From positions 1 through 47,246 of the forward strand of contig RBNJ01000047.1 in NCBI GenBank assembly GCA_003990765.1: 47,246 bases of DNA, read 5' to 3'. The notes below the pieces were generated by a model. It saw only the letters and a list, made by a program, of their open reading frames with translations, made no database searches and was not told where the DNA came from. This document shows, piece by piece, positions 46,865-47,246 of the stretch (positions are counted from its first letter, which is position 1; each line of letters begins with the position of its first letter). The DNA comes from Jimgerdemannia flammicorona (taxonomy: Eukaryota). The translations under genes and the position numbers were made by a program.

Positions 46865-47246
46865 CATCCTTTTACCGGTAACATTCAGGTGACACAAGAT
46901 TTGGACAACACTTTCTGCGAAGTTTTTGGTGAAAAGCTACTATCAACATGGCGAGCAACGAGCAAACTGGTGGGCAGGCCGGCCAGGGGGGCAGCCGTGC
47001 CTTCGACTGGCAGCAGGTTGGGAGGAAACGAGGAGATGGTTTGGGGATGCCAGGGCCATCTGTGGTGGGCGGTGGCGCTGGAGGTGGAGGGAGAGGTGGA
47101 CTGAGGCAGAGAGGTGGGGGGAGGGCGACCTTTGCCGACAGAGTCAGGATGGGGAAGATGGCCACAGGGCTGGATGGTTGGTTGGGACTGGGGAAGGCGA
47201 TGCCGGGTTCAGCAGGAGGGCAGGGAGGGTCCCCCATGGGAGCCTC
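46865..47246 (+). mobile_element. 5' end of a CpG-rich L1-clade LINE (I) inserted in the A2 integrase
   Basis: Integrase breaks after TDHSTEFV; abrupt switch to G-rich, CpG-retaining sequence; short 5' UTR then an ORF resembling C ORF1. Junction approximate. Confidence 0.7.
46948..47246 (+). CDS. LINE I ORF1 N-terminus, open to window end
   Basis: MASNEQ...RAFDWQQVG...GRATFADRVRMG parallels C (I)STSKQ...GVFNWQHIR...RSFADILQAG. No stops. Confidence 0.7.
   Translation, partial: MASNEQTGGQAGQGGSRAFDWQQVGRKRGDGLGMPGPSVVGGGAGGGGRGGLRQRGGGRATFADRVRMGKMATGLDGWLGLGKAMPGSAGGQGGSPMGA

Overview
Eukaryotic, gene-free stack of nested transposable elements. The families present and their decay pattern suggest a fungus, plausibly an early-diverging lineage such as Mucoromycota (inference, low confidence). 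Resolved structure: (A1) 5' part of a near-intact Ty3/Gypsy element on the minus strand, 1-4011. (G) An older LTR element whose ~2.1 kb LTR (5010-28974) is split by (B) a full-length Ty3/Gypsy element (5547-15639, ATAT TSD) and (D) a full-length L1-clade LINE (16374-28110), itself split by (C) a second L1-clade LINE in antisense (16969-22812). (H) A very decayed pol fragment, 29263-30267. (A2) A second, decayed copy of family A (30268-~46864) carrying (E) a hAT DNA transposon (33350-37594), (F) a full-length chromovirus (38745-44773) and (I) a CpG-rich LINE at the window end. Main points of interest: (1) an unidentified ~285-aa ORF with its own TATA box inside the LTR of families A and G, with an apparent remote homologue as a post-integrase ORF3 in family B; (2) three Gypsy families carry dUTPase, in two different polyprotein positions; (3) decay is almost purely C>T/G>A, with a few sharply bounded CpG-retaining patches, one containing a tandem CRE palindrome. 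All translations, alignments and counts were done by eye.
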